The translations under genes were made by a program, and so were the position numbers. The notes below the pieces were generated by a model that saw only the letters and a list, made by a program, of their open reading frames with translations, had not been told where the DNA came from and ran no database searches. A stretch of DNA of 64,000 nucleotides, taken from positions 3,036 through 67,035 of the forward strand of contig JABDBI010000008.1 of assembly GCA_013288705.1 (NCBI GenBank), read 5' to 3'. Of this stretch, positions 20,978-30,652 are shown piece by piece. This stretch comes from Methanobacteriota archaeon (GTDB taxonomy: Bacteria; Myxococcota; UBA727; JABDBI01). Position 1 is the stretch's first letter. Each line of letters opens with the position of its first letter.

Positions 20978-22276
20978 TTATCGCGCAAGCTCCGCCAACA
21001 CCTCCACATGCGAGGTTTGCGGAAACATATCATAGGCTTGGCAATGCTTAAGCGAGTAGCCAACTTGCGCCAGCTGTCCAATATCCCGCGCCAATGTGGC
21101 TGGCATACACGAAACATAAAAAATGTGCTTTGGGAGGCGCGTTTTCAGCGTTGCGAGCAAATGGGGATGCATCCCTGCGCGGGGCGGGTTTATCAGCAAA
21201 ACATCTGGGTTGTTTTTGAGCAATAGCGCCACCACATCTTCGGCTTTTTCGGCCATGAAACTGACATGGCGAGCCTGGTTTGCTGCTGCATTCTGTTTTG
21301 CCAGCGCAATTGCTCTGTCACTTACCTCTACACCGGTCACAGATATTCCCTGCCTCGCCATAAGAATACTTGTGACGCCGAGACCACAATACAGATCAAG
21401 CGCAGTTTTGGGCTGAACCAAAGCGATGCGCGCAAGCAAGTCACAATAAAGACGGGCACTCTGTTCGGGGTGATTTTGCACAAACGCGCGTGGATCGCAA
21501 ACGAACTGCAATCCATCAATGTTTAGGGAAACTTGCGTATCTCCAAACACATGTTCGTTTATGCGATCTCGAACAACTACGCCCTTCCACGTGGGCCACT
21601 GTGCTTGGCTAGCCTCGAGCAAAGACAAATTTTTTTCCGATATGGGCTGAGAAAAGTCAAAAAGCATCACAAAACGTGGGCCGTCCTTAAGCATCATCAC
21701 GTGTGCAACATCGTCGGGCTTGGTTTGGAGCTTGGCTGCAACTTCCTGCAATTCACCCAAAATCGCGGGGGCATCATCGTCGAGAAAAATATGACACGAT
21801 GCGATTGGGACAAAGATGCTTGGGTCTGCACCCACAAACCCTACGCGATACCCGTTGTCACTTGGCCAAAGTTTGAAGCGGACATGGCGCCTATAACCAA
21901 AACGCGTATCGGCGCCAACAATCTTAATCGGTGGGATGTGCGACAGTTTGCCCACGCGGAGGAGTGCATCTTCGACGAACTTTTGCTTTGCAAGCAGTTG
22001 CGCATCGTATTGCAGATGTTGCAGCTGACAGCCGCCACAAATGCCAAAATGCGGGCACCGAGGTGTCACGCGATCAGGGCCCGCGTGTTTGAGTTTAATT
22101 AGCTTGGCTTGTGCGTGAGACTTTTTCTGATGTGTTATCTCGACCAGCACCTCATCTTCGGGTGCCGTGAATGGCACAAATACAACAAGACCATCGTGGC
22201 GCAAAATACCGGAGCCGCCAAAAGCAATTGATTCAATGGTACCGTTCACCGGAGACTCCAAAAATTGCGCCAACAT
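20978..22276 (-). CDS. rlmD: RNA m5U methyltransferase RlmD/TrmA family
   Basis: TRAM domain, CPHFGICGGC Fe-S motif, DLYCG.G, PPRAG, YVSC, DMFPQT.HVE. Confidence 0.88.
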   Translation of the reverse strand: MLAQFLESPVNGTIESIAFGGSGILRHDGLVVFVPFTAPEDEVLVEITHQKKSHAQAKLIKLKHAGPDRVTPRCPHFGICGGCQLQHLQYDAQLLAKQKFVEDALLRVGKLSHIPPIKIVGADTRFGYRRHVRFKLWPSDNGYRVGFVGADPSIFVPIASCHIFLDDDAPAILGELQEVAAKLQTKPDDVAHVMMLKDGPRFVMLFDFSQPISEKNLSLLEASQAQWPTWKGVVVRDRINEHVFGDTQVSLNIDGLQFVCDPRAFVQNHPEQSARLYCDLLARIALVQPKTALDLYCGLGVTSILMARQGISVTGVEVSDRAIALAKQNAAANQARHVSFMAEKAEDVVALLLKNNPDVLLINPPRAGMHPHLLATLKTRLPKHIFYVSCMPATLARDIGQLAQVGYSLKHCQAYDMFPQTSHVEVLAELAR

Positions 22277-22338
22277 TTGCGATGTAGATCAAGCTTGGCC
22301 TATAATGCCCCAACGGGACATTCCAAAAGGAGATAACT

Positions 22339-22734
22339 ATGGAACAGACACCAGCAATGGCAATGGTATTGGCCAAATTTTTAGGCTTGTTGCTCACGAT
22401 TACAGGCGTTGGTGCGGCAATCAACTCAAGGCACATGATGGCCGTGGTAAAAGATATCTGTGAACGGCCCGCTGCGCAAATGGGTGCCGCGTTTTTGCCG
22501 ACCCTCGTTGGTAGCTATGTTGTTGCTGCGCACCACACCTGGCCAAACGATTGGACCATGCTTATTACCATCATAGGCCTGGTGATGTTGATTGGGGGAG
22601 CGTTTCGTTCTCTTTTCCCGAGCATTTGGGTGGGGCTCCTGCGCAGATGGGCTAATCCGGCAATTTTGTCCATGGGCTCTGGGATCTTGGCACTTGTTGG
22701 TATTTACCTGCTTTATCAAAGCATGATGCTGTAA
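22339..22734 (+). CDS. Small 4-TM membrane protein
   Basis: RBS AAGGAG; four hydrophobic helices. Confidence 0.65.
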   Translation: MEQTPAMAMVLAKFLGLLLTITGVGAAINSRHMMAVVKDICERPAAQMGAAFLPTLVGSYVVAAHHTWPNDWTMLITIIGLVMLIGGAFRSLFPSIWVGLLRRWANPAILSMGSGILALVGIYLLYQSMML

Positions 22735-22739
22735 AAACA

Positions 22740-22773
22740 AAGAAGCGACGATATATATATCCCGTCGCTTCTT
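22740..22773. terminator. Bidirectional hairpin between convergent genes
   Basis: AAGAAGCGACG...CGTCGCTTCTT perfect 11-bp stem. Confidence 0.65.
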
Positions 22774-22787
22774 GCAAGCTCCACTTC

Positions 22788-23393
22788 TTATTCGCAAGTT
22801 TGCCATTGCAAGTGGTAAATTAAACCGGATCGCAGATCTACACTGTCTACCGTCGATTCAGCGGCATCCATCGTACCGTTTGTTTGCACGATCATGCTCG
22901 AATTGGTACGAAGCACCACATCTTGGCCACAGGGTGACCATACGATACTTGATTGAACCAAAGAATTGTTGATGTCGTAGTTATCTTCCAGCTGCCCGTA
23001 AAATGTCTTCACATAGGAAGGCCCTTGTGTGCCCGCAAAAAAGTACTCCACATTAAATCGCGCGTAGGCACCATAGGGCAGACTGTTGAAGCCGCGATAA
23101 TCAATTTGAAATACCGATACGCTTAGACCTTGCGGAACGTGAACAGGAATTGCAACGTTGCAGCTCTCGCGGTTTAGCTGCTTCCCGGTTGTGCCACCTG
23201 CATCGACCACATATTGGTCAAAAAGGATGCTCAACGAAGTTGCGTCTGGGCTTAATACCGCCGACGCAGTTCCATTTGGGCAACCCGTGCCGCCGTAGAT
23301 GGGGGTTCCAAGATGAATACCGCTTGGATCATCGGCTAAAGCCGGCAATGATGTAGCCAAAATAAAGACAAATGACGCAAATAACTGCTTCAT
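22788..23393 (-). CDS. Secreted DUF4360 family protein
   Basis: Signal peptide; YGGTGCPNGT, DYRGF, WSPCG and terminal WQTC. Confidence 0.8.
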   Translation of the reverse strand: MKQLFASFVFILATSLPALADDPSGIHLGTPIYGGTGCPNGTASAVLSPDATSLSILFDQYVVDAGGTTGKQLNRESCNVAIPVHVPQGLSVSVFQIDYRGFNSLPYGAYARFNVEYFFAGTQGPSYVKTFYGQLEDNYDINNSLVQSSIVWSPCGQDVVLRTNSSMIVQTNGTMDAAESTVDSVDLRSGLIYHLQWQTCE

Positions 23394-23471
23394 GTTTTTT
23401 CTCCGGATGTGCTGGAGGTTCTACTGAATGGATACATCATCTTCGATGGAAATATATATCCTCCTGATGTC

Positions 23472-24833
23472 CTAATCTCGACGCACGGGAGGCAGATATT
23501 CGGATACGATGGTTCGCTTCCACCAGTTTTTGCCAGCAAGGTTTTCTAATGCAAATTGGTAACGGTAAAGCCTTGCACGTACAAACATTGGCGGTGTGCC
23601 GCAAAATGGGTCTTTTGCCAAAAGCTTGAGCACTTGTTTATCTGCAGATAAGAGCTTTTCTATAAGTCGCAAAAACCATGGGTGAAAGTATGGATTTGAC
23701 ATGGCTGCAAACCACATTAGCCAATCAAGGCGTAGGTGATAGGGCGCCACGAAGGGCGGTCGACGATTGATGTCCCCGGGCTTCGCCCTGAATTCGTAGG
23801 CATGCCAAATTGTGGCCTGATCAATTTGCAGTGCTTCTGTTCCCTCAATAATGACCTCAAAGCGTTGCTTTTCGACGCTGCCAAATGCTCCATATGTATT
23901 GACCAAGTGCAAAGGGTCGAAGCTTGCGTTCATCAATTGCCGCGACGAAATCATGTTAACGATTGGGCGAATGCTCAGCGCCGCCACTAAACACAACAGG
24001 AGCAGAATCGGTAAAGGCGTTGCCATGGGGAACCAAGTCAACGTGGAACCGCCAAGACAAGAAAAACAAAGTACGATGGTTAAATAATTTAGCCATGACA
24101 GATTGCCACTTGCAATCAACGTCACTTGAAACAAAATCGTGATGACACCTGCGACATCAGCAATAGGATACGGCGCAAAATAAAAAAATGGCAATACCAG
24201 CTCGATCGCGTGTGTAGCTAGTACTTCTGCCTTGTGAAACCACACGGGAAGCCGATGTAAGTAATAGCTCAGAGGGTTTGGCATGGGCTGCGTTTCGTAG
24301 TGATAGACGAGACAGGTCAAGTCGCGCCAACATCTGTCACCTCGAAGTTTGATGAGTCCCGCGCCAAACATCACCCGAAATAACACCCAGCGCATCAGCC
24401 AAATCACAATGACCGATGGTTCCATCGACGAGGGACCCAAAAATATCGCTAAGAACCCAGTTTCAAGAAGAAGAGACTCCCAGCCAAACGCATAGAATGT
24501 CTGGCCTACGTTCACAAAGGATAGGTAAATAGCCCAAAGCAAAAACCAAGTCAGAGTATAAAGGTAGAGCCCGCCCTTGTCTGCGAAACCGCTCAGATTA
24601 AGCAGTGATAAACAAATTCCAACCCAGATGAAAATAGAAGCAAAACGGTCGCTATAGTAGAAATGGAAAATACTCGGGGCCTGCCAGAATTTGATTCTCT
24701 TCAAATACTCTGGAACCGGGAGAAGACCATTTTGCCCGCAAAGGGGAATAAATTGGTTTCGTGCAACAATAAACGCGATCAAATATATAGAGGCTAACCC
24801 GCGCGCAATCAAAAGGCGGGTTAGCCACAGCAT
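23472..24833 (-). CDS. Lipase maturation factor (LMF) family membrane protein
   Basis: FGWESLLLETGFL, GLIKLRGD.CWRDLT, HYETQP.PNP, PYHLRLDWLMWFAA. Confidence 0.92.
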   Translation of the reverse strand: MLWLTRLLIARGLASIYLIAFIVARNQFIPLCGQNGLLPVPEYLKRIKFWQAPSIFHFYYSDRFASIFIWVGICLSLLNLSGFADKGGLYLYTLTWFLLWAIYLSFVNVGQTFYAFGWESLLLETGFLAIFLGPSSMEPSVIVIWLMRWVLFRVMFGAGLIKLRGDRCWRDLTCLVYHYETQPMPNPLSYYLHRLPVWFHKAEVLATHAIELVLPFFYFAPYPIADVAGVITILFQVTLIASGNLSWLNYLTIVLCFSCLGGSTLTWFPMATPLPILLLLCLVAALSIRPIVNMISSRQLMNASFDPLHLVNTYGAFGSVEKQRFEVIIEGTEALQIDQATIWHAYEFRAKPGDINRRPPFVAPYHLRLDWLMWFAAMSNPYFHPWFLRLIEKLLSADKQVLKLLAKDPFCGTPPMFVRARLYRYQFALENLAGKNWWKRTIVSEYLPPVRRD

Positions 24834-26485
24834 TATTTATGCGCCGGCACCGAAACTTGACTGCCCGTGCACCATGGCAGCGTCGGCTCAAATTGACAGA
24901 GCGTGGCGCACAATGATGGATCAGCAATCGGGCACTGTGCACCACCGGGCGGTGTCACTGGGTCGGTTGGTGGAGTTGGCAGCACGGGAGGTGCAACTGG
25001 ATCCGTCGGAGGTGGTGTGACTGGATCAGTTGGTGGCGTTGGTGGTGTAGCTGGCGCACTTGCATCAGTAATGTAGATCGTACGAGACTGCGCAGTCTGC
25101 CCATTAGCATCTGTTGCCGTCACCGTAATTTCTCCACCCTTCGCCACTTGCAGAGTGCCATCGCTGGCGACCGTCGCAATGGTATTGTCGGAGGAGGCAA
25201 ATGTGTAGGGAGCTTGGCCGCCGAACGCGTCAAACTTCAACACATCACCAACGTTAATTGACGCCGACGCTGGTACCACCGTCAGCTGTTGATGAGCAAC
25301 TGCGTTAACTGCAGCAGATGCATCAACTCGGCAATTACAGGCCGACTCAATCTGCACGGCTGTTCCCGTTGTTTGCAAAATCGAACGAATTTGCTGAGGC
25401 GTGAGAGCCGCATTTTCAGATTTCATCAGCGCTGCCAATCCTGCCACCAGCGGTGTCGCCATCGATGTTCCCGACAAATCGCCATACTGATTGTTGGGCA
25501 ACGTGCTCAAAATATTGTCGCCAGGAGCTGCTAGATGAACGGTGTGTTTACCCCAGTTGGACCAGTCGGGCTTCGCATCGTTAGCATCTGACGCCGCCAC
25601 GCTGATCATGTTAGGTAATTTGGTATTAGCAGGAAAGACATCAGTCGTGTCGTTATCGCTGCTGTCGTTCGAGGCTGCAGCGACGAAAAGAACACCTTTG
25701 TCATTGGCGCGTGAAATCGCGTCTGTCACGGGCTGTGCGCTGGCAGCATCAGTTTGCGCCCCCCAACTGGCACTAATGATGCTTGCGCCATTTTGAACCG
25801 CAAAATCGATTGCCTTGGCGGCATTCAGAAGATCTCCAGAACCATCAGGCCCCAAGAAACGCACTGGCATGATTGAGACCGACTGGTTGATCCCAGTAAT
25901 GCCAATACCGTTATTGCCAACCGCGCCAATGATACCAGAGCAGTGGGTCCCATGTCCTGGGTTGCCATCGGCGGACGTTAAATCTGTCACATCGCTATTG
26001 TTTTCAACAAAGTTCCAACCATGTGTACCATCAGTTGGGTTGGTCCAGATATTTGCGGCCAAGTCCTCGTGCGTCACACTTGAACCTGTATCGATTACCG
26101 CAACGACAACTTTGTTGGATCCTTGGGTTACATCCCAGGCTTGTGGTGCGTTAATTTTGCTGAGTGCCCATTGTTGGTTGAACTGCGGATCATTAGGAAC
26201 CTCAAGTGTATGAAACTTGATGTTCTCCACGACGTATTCTACACCAGGTCTCTTTCGGAGTGCATCAACTTGCTTTGCTTCAAGTTGTTTGGTTGCAGCC
26301 TGAATATCGACTTTGGCGAGTTTTCCGGGACGGTGAAAATCCTTCACCGCAAATCCCTTTAATGAAGCTGTTGACGCAACTGACTGGATAGTCAGCCCTG
26401 CATTCTTTAATTTTACAATATATTCAGTGGCGTAGAGTGAGCATGAAAAGAGAACAACGAGTAGTGGTAACGCAACTTTTTTCAC
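24833..26485 (-). CDS. Secreted S8 subtilase with Ig-like domain, Pro/Thr linker and Cys-rich tail
   Basis: IDTG, HGTHCSG, GTSMATP triad; PPTDPV repeats; CPIADPSLCATLCQFEPTLPWC. Confidence 0.92.
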   Translation of the reverse strand: MKKVALPLLVVLFSCSLYATEYIVKLKNAGLTIQSVASTASLKGFAVKDFHRPGKLAKVDIQAATKQLEAKQVDALRKRPGVEYVVENIKFHTLEVPNDPQFNQQWALSKINAPQAWDVTQGSNKVVVAVIDTGSSVTHEDLAANIWTNPTDGTHGWNFVENNSDVTDLTSADGNPGHGTHCSGIIGAVGNNGIGITGINQSVSIMPVRFLGPDGSGDLLNAAKAIDFAVQNGASIISASWGAQTDAASAQPVTDAISRANDKGVLFVAAASNDSSDNDTTDVFPANTKLPNMISVAASDANDAKPDWSNWGKHTVHLAAPGDNILSTLPNNQYGDLSGTSMATPLVAGLAALMKSENAALTPQQIRSILQTTGTAVQIESACNCRVDASAAVNAVAHQQLTVVPASASINVGDVLKFDAFGGQAPYTFASSDNTIATVASDGTLQVAKGGEITVTATDANGQTAQSRTIYITDASAPATPPTPPTDPVTPPPTDPVAPPVLPTPPTDPVTPPGGAQCPIADPSLCATLCQFEPTLPWCTGSQVSVPAHK

Positions 26486-26602
26486 GACTTAGCCTCCCCA
26501 GGTCAAGGTGACGACGCGCGTATCTTCGCGCGATCTTGATGCTCGCACAGGTTGCAACCGCGATGCAAGCAACGGGGAAGTTATTTTGTTTAATTTATTG
26601 AA

Positions 26603-27148
26603 TCACAAACCTAGAAGCCTCATTGCTTCTTGTCTTTCTTCGGCATTTTTAGCAAAGTCACCTCGAGCTGCTTGTGTCATCACTTGTGAACCTTGCTTCT
26701 GCGTGCCACGCATCATCATACAAAAATGTCGTGCACTCACAACAACAAAAACACCTTTTGGTTGCAGGACGTCGACAAAAGCGTCTGCGATTTGATCGGT
26801 CAAATGTTCCTGCAATTGCAATCTTCTAGAAAAAACATCAATCAATTTTGCGATATCTCCGAGGCCAATGATTTTTCCGTTTGGCTTATACGCAACGTGA
26901 ATTTGCCCAAAAAACGGCAGTAAATGATGTTCACACAAAGAATAAAATTCGGTGTTCTTTTGCGCAACGATTCCCGTCGTCGGAGAAGGGAACACCCCCC
27001 CCTGCACAACGGCCCCAGGTGCCATGTCATTGCCACTGGTCAAGAAACGCAGGCTTTCTGCAACCAAGGACGGGGTTTTTAGAAGCCCTTCTCTACTTGG
27101 ATCTTCGCCAAGCGATTTCAAAATAATCCGAATTTGTTGTTCCATCAT
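26603..27148 (-). CDS. folE: GTP cyclohydrolase I family protein (divergent)
   Basis: REGL.KTP, SLCEHHLLPFFG, RRLQLQE, HFCMMMRG; GLSK motif replaced by GLGD. Confidence 0.85.
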   Translation of the reverse strand: MMEQQIRIILKSLGEDPSREGLLKTPSLVAESLRFLTSGNDMAPGAVVQGGVFPSPTTGIVAQKNTEFYSLCEHHLLPFFGQIHVAYKPNGKIIGLGDIAKLIDVFSRRLQLQEHLTDQIADAFVDVLQPKGVFVVVSARHFCMMMRGTQKQGSQVMTQAARGDFAKNAEERQEAMRLLGL

Positions 27149-27242
27149 ACACTTCTTTCAATATGGATTTTTCCTGTCAAGCGTCTTTCTTCCAAACAAA
27201 TTCAAAACTTGGTGGATAACATTTAAACGTGGGAGAGTCAGC

Positions 27243-27926
27243 ATGCCTATTTCTTCAAACCTACCTACAACCTGTAGCCGCTGCACATGGGAGGAGGCTA
27301 TTGATACGAGATATGTGCTTGAAAATGCCAGTGCTAGCCGCGCAATTGGTCACACCAACAATGTGATTGAAGACTTCGCCCTTTTTGGATTTTCTGATAT
27401 CCATATTGATGGGCAAACGCGCTGGCAAAAATTTGCGCGCACAGTCAGAGGATTTGCAGCAGGTGGTTCGCGTGTAGGTGCTGTCGGCGGTTTGGCTGCT
27501 ATGTGGCTTCCAGACTGCTTCATCGGGACTGGAAAACGAGGGGTGCCCCTGCGGGAAATCAACAGGCGACTGCTACGAGAACAGGGTGTTGCTGGTGCGA
27601 GTGTGCGAGGTGCTTCCATGCTTGCAGCGGTCCTCACTGCTCAGCCATCCCTGTTTGTTGGAGGAGCAGCCGGAGTGGTGAGTCTTCCAGTTGCAGCGAA
27701 CCAGGGCAACGCGGCGACGGAATGGGTGATAGACACCACCCGTAGTGTGGCTGCATTTAATGCCAAGACTGTTGGAACGGTCATCGCTGCTCCAGCGGGT
27801 GCAGCCATTGGGATCGCTCGTAGCGCTTCGGTGGTAGCCAAGCTTACAATGGCAAGCATAGGCGGGTTATTGGGCGGAATTATCGGAATCCTTGGCGGCG
27901 GGGTGCGTGCGATTATCAATCGGTGA
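27243..27926 (+). CDS. Orphan Gly/Ala-rich hydrophobic protein
   Basis: RBS GGGAGA before ATG; 227-aa ORF with glycine-zipper-like helices. Confidence 0.55.
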   Translation: MPISSNLPTTCSRCTWEEAIDTRYVLENASASRAIGHTNNVIEDFALFGFSDIHIDGQTRWQKFARTVRGFAAGGSRVGAVGGLAAMWLPDCFIGTGKRGVPLREINRRLLREQGVAGASVRGASMLAAVLTAQPSLFVGGAAGVVSLPVAANQGNAATEWVIDTTRSVAAFNAKTVGTVIAAPAGAAIGIARSASVVAKLTMASIGGLLGGIIGILGGGVRAIINR

Positions 27927-27990
27927 TTTGCAGCAAAAGACCACCTTGACCTGTGCGTAAATGTTCGCCACAAGTACGGAATAGTGATTG

Positions 27991-28067
27991 CGGGGTGTAG
28001 CTCAGTTTGGTAGAGCGCTTGGTTCGGGACCAAGAGGTCGTAGGTTCAAATCCTGTCACCCCGACCA
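27991..28067 (+). tRNA. tRNA-Pro(CGG)
   Basis: CGGGGTGTAGCTCAG..., anticodon arm CTTGG-TTCGGGA-CCAAG, GGTTCAAATCC, CCA end. Confidence 0.97.
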
Positions 28068-28070
28068 CGT

Positions 28071-28157
28071 GCCCAGATGGCGGAATTGGTAGACGCGCTA
28101 GATTCAGGTTCTAGTGGGGGAAACCCCGTGGAGGTTCAAGTCCTCTTTTGGGCACCA
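28071..28157 (+). tRNA. tRNA-Leu(CAG)
   Basis: Anticodon arm CTAGA-TTCAGGT-TCTAG, long variable arm, CCA end. Confidence 0.97.
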
Positions 28158-28180
28158 TTTTTTTACGAAGGTGGTAACAA

Positions 28181-28633
28181 ATGCTTCAGGTTGGTGATCG
28201 CGCACCCGATTTTTCCTTGCCCGACCAAACAGGCAAACTTGTGAAGCTTTCTGATTTCCTGGGCAAGCAGCATGTTGTGCTGTTTTTCTATCCCAAGGAT
28301 AATACACCTGGATGCACCGCTCAGTCTTGCTCGTTCCGCGATAACTACAGCGAATTTAAGAAAAATGGCGCACAAGTGTTGGGTATTAGCGCTGATTCAT
28401 CAGACTCTCATCAATCATTTGCATCACAATATTCTCTTCCTTTTCCGCTTCTCAGCGATGACAAAGGCAGCGCATCGAAGCTCTTTGGCGTCGGCAAATG
28501 GCTGGGGCTTTTGCCCAATCGGGTGTCGTTCGTGATCGATCAAAAGGGCATCATTCGCCATGTATTTTCATCTCAGCTCAATGCCACACGCCATGTCGAC
28601 GAGACTTTAGAGAGTTTAAAGCACTTAGCTTAA
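28181..28633 (+). CDS. bcp: Peroxiredoxin Bcp/PrxQ (second paralogue)
   Basis: [16 protein letters not shown]. Confidence 0.9.
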   Translation: MLQVGDRAPDFSLPDQTGKLVKLSDFLGKQHVVLFFYPKDNTPGCTAQSCSFRDNYSEFKKNGAQVLGISADSSDSHQSFASQYSLPFPLLSDDKGSASKLFGVGKWLGLLPNRVSFVIDQKGIIRHVFSSQLNATRHVDETLESLKHLA

Positions 28634-29662
28634 CGCAAAAGTTGGTGTGACACGCCCCACTTCAATGCCGCGGAGATTGGTTAGCGCATCAGAAGCCATG
28701 CTCGCCAATTCTGCCTCCCAAAGACTTTGCTCAGGCAGGAGCTGCAGCTGTCTCAGGACCTCGATCGCCACGGCAGTTCGCGCGCGATTCGCCGAATCGC
28801 CGTCGGTGACTTTGATCGCAATTCCAAGCCCCTGTGGATAACGCTCGCTGGGCGCATATCCCATTGCAAATACGCCTTCTGCTCCAGTCTTAGCAAACAG
28901 ACCAGGAACAGAACGTATCAACGTCGTGTCCAATCGCTTAGCCCCCCCAATGAACTCGGGATGGGAAGTACCCGCGCGAAAGAGAATGCTCAGCGCATTT
29001 AATGTCACGGGATCATTGGCAAGGCCAGCTTCCTCAGGACAAGCCAGTGATGCATACAGTCGCGCTAATGCAGAGAGAGACAAAATATATGTCGGCAGAC
29101 TACAGCCGTCGACACCGACGCCCAATTCTTCGATGGGTCTTCCAGACAAGTTCAAGAGGAGCCGGGCGATCCAATGTTGAAGTGGGTGATCGGGGTGAAG
29201 ATAATTCTCGATGGGCCAACCCTGTCGTCGGCAAATCATCAGCAAGGCCGTATGCTTGCCGCTGCAGTTGTTGTGAACTGTGCTTGTATTTTGGCCCACA
29301 CGTTGCTCTCCGCATCGCAGGTCGTCTTCAGACAAGCCTACCAAGGCGAGCAGCCGGCGCACGCGCTCGACGTGCATGGGCTCGCCTGCATGAGACGACA
29401 TCATCAGTGCAAGATCCGCATCGCTGATTGTTTCGCCCTCCGGCCACTCAGCTTCTTGCAAACCGAGTAGTAAAAAAGGCAGAAGCTGAAACGGTTTGGC
29501 CGTGGAGCGCAGCGAAATCCAATGTTCCGGGTCACCCAAAGATGAAACCAGCTGGCCTCGTCCATCCACAATGACGATGGCACCACAATGTTCAGACTCC
29601 ACACATTCAACGTGACCGACCCGACCACGCGACAAACTGACTAGCTTTTCAAAAGATGCCAT
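28625..29662 (-). CDS. L-asparaginase II (Rhizobium-type) family protein
   Basis: [32 protein letters not shown]. Confidence 0.88.
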   Translation of the reverse strand: MASFEKLVSLSRGRVGHVECVESEHCGAIVIVDGRGQLVSSLGDPEHWISLRSTAKPFQLLPFLLLGLQEAEWPEGETISDADLALMMSSHAGEPMHVERVRRLLALVGLSEDDLRCGEQRVGQNTSTVHNNCSGKHTALLMICRRQGWPIENYLHPDHPLQHWIARLLLNLSGRPIEELGVGVDGCSLPTYILSLSALARLYASLACPEEAGLANDPVTLNALSILFRAGTSHPEFIGGAKRLDTTLIRSVPGLFAKTGAEGVFAMGYAPSERYPQGLGIAIKVTDGDSANRARTAVAIEVLRQLQLLPEQSLWEAELASMASDALTNLRGIEVGRVTPTFALS

Positions 29663-29665
29663 TTT

Positions 29666-30640
29666 CTAATGCCCCTCCTGCTCCAAGAATCTCTCCGCAT
29701 CAATCGCCGCCATACAACCGGATCCTGCTGCCGTAACAGCCTGCCGGTACACGCTATCTTGCACATCACCACAGGCGAACACACCAGGAAATTCGGTTTT
29801 AGAACTCTGGCCCTGAGTAACAATATATCCTTTTTCGTTGAGCGGAAGTTTGCCAGCAAAAAGATTTGTGTTGGGTTGATGTCCGATAGCAACAAACAAG
29901 CCATCTAGTGCCAATTCTTTTTGTTCTCCCGATTTGGTGTTTTTGAGCCGCACACCTGAAAGCGCTTCTTTGCCAAGCGGTGGCTTTGTTGCGGTTAAAA
30001 TCTGTTCAATGGTGTAGTTAAGCTCCCAGCGAATTTTGGGATTACCCCGTGCGCGCTCCACCATAATTTTACTCGCGCGGAACTCATCGCGGCGATGGAC
30101 AATCGTCACGCTTTTAGCAAAGCGCGTCAGAAAATTAGCCTCCTCCATGGCAGTGTCACCGCCACCTACAACGGCGACATCGACATTTTTATAAAATGCA
30201 CCGTCGCATGTTGCACAAGCCGAAACGCCTGCTCCCGCCGCCATGAGTTCCATTTCCTTGGCGATGCCCAAGAGTTTGGCGTTTGCACCAGTGGCGATAA
30301 TCACGGAGAGTGCTAAAATTTCGTCGCCATTTTCTGTTTTGAGCCGATAGGGGCGTTTGGAAAAATCAACTTCGCTGATATTTTCGGTGCGCACCTTTGC
30401 CCCAAAGCGTTCCGCTTGTTCTTTAAAGAGCTGCATCAATTCGGGGCCCAAAACTCCTTTCGGAAATCCAGGAAAGTTCTCCACATCGGATGTGATCATT
30501 AGCTGACCACCCGGCAAATTTGGAGAAGCCCCTTCAAATACCAAGGGTTGCAACGTTGCACGTGCTGCATAGAGGGCGGCTGTCCATCCTGCTGGCCCGG
30601 AGCCAATCACCACAACTTTTTGTGTTTCGCTATTTGCCAC
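29666..30640 (-). CDS. trxB: Thioredoxin-disulfide reductase
   Basis: GSGPAG, CATCDG, GGGDTAMEEA, RQAVTAAGSG. Confidence 0.97.
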   Translation of the reverse strand: MANSETQKVVVIGSGPAGWTAALYAARATLQPLVFEGASPNLPGGQLMITSDVENFPGFPKGVLGPELMQLFKEQAERFGAKVRTENISEVDFSKRPYRLKTENGDEILALSVIIATGANAKLLGIAKEMELMAAGAGVSACATCDGAFYKNVDVAVVGGGDTAMEEANFLTRFAKSVTIVHRRDEFRASKIMVERARGNPKIRWELNYTIEQILTATKPPLGKEALSGVRLKNTKSGEQKELALDGLFVAIGHQPNTNLFAGKLPLNEKGYIVTQGQSSKTEFPGVFACGDVQDSVYRQAVTAAGSGCMAAIDAERFLEQEGH

Positions 30641-30652
30641 ATCCTGCTCCTA

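Noticed and set aside
24940..25060. Short tandem repeats
   Set aside because: They encode the PPTDPV linker of the subtilase; not an independent element.
26545..26570. Possible sigma54 promoter for the subtilase (TTGCATCGCGGTTGCA, minus strand)
   Set aside because: Lacks the invariant GG at -24.
26952..27242. N-terminal 97 aa of the 324-aa ORF
   Set aside because: Antisense overlap with folE; the ATG at 27243 has an RBS and is the more plausible start.
27991..28157. tRNA genes as island integration sites
   Set aside because: No duplicated tRNA 3' end or integrase was found in the window.
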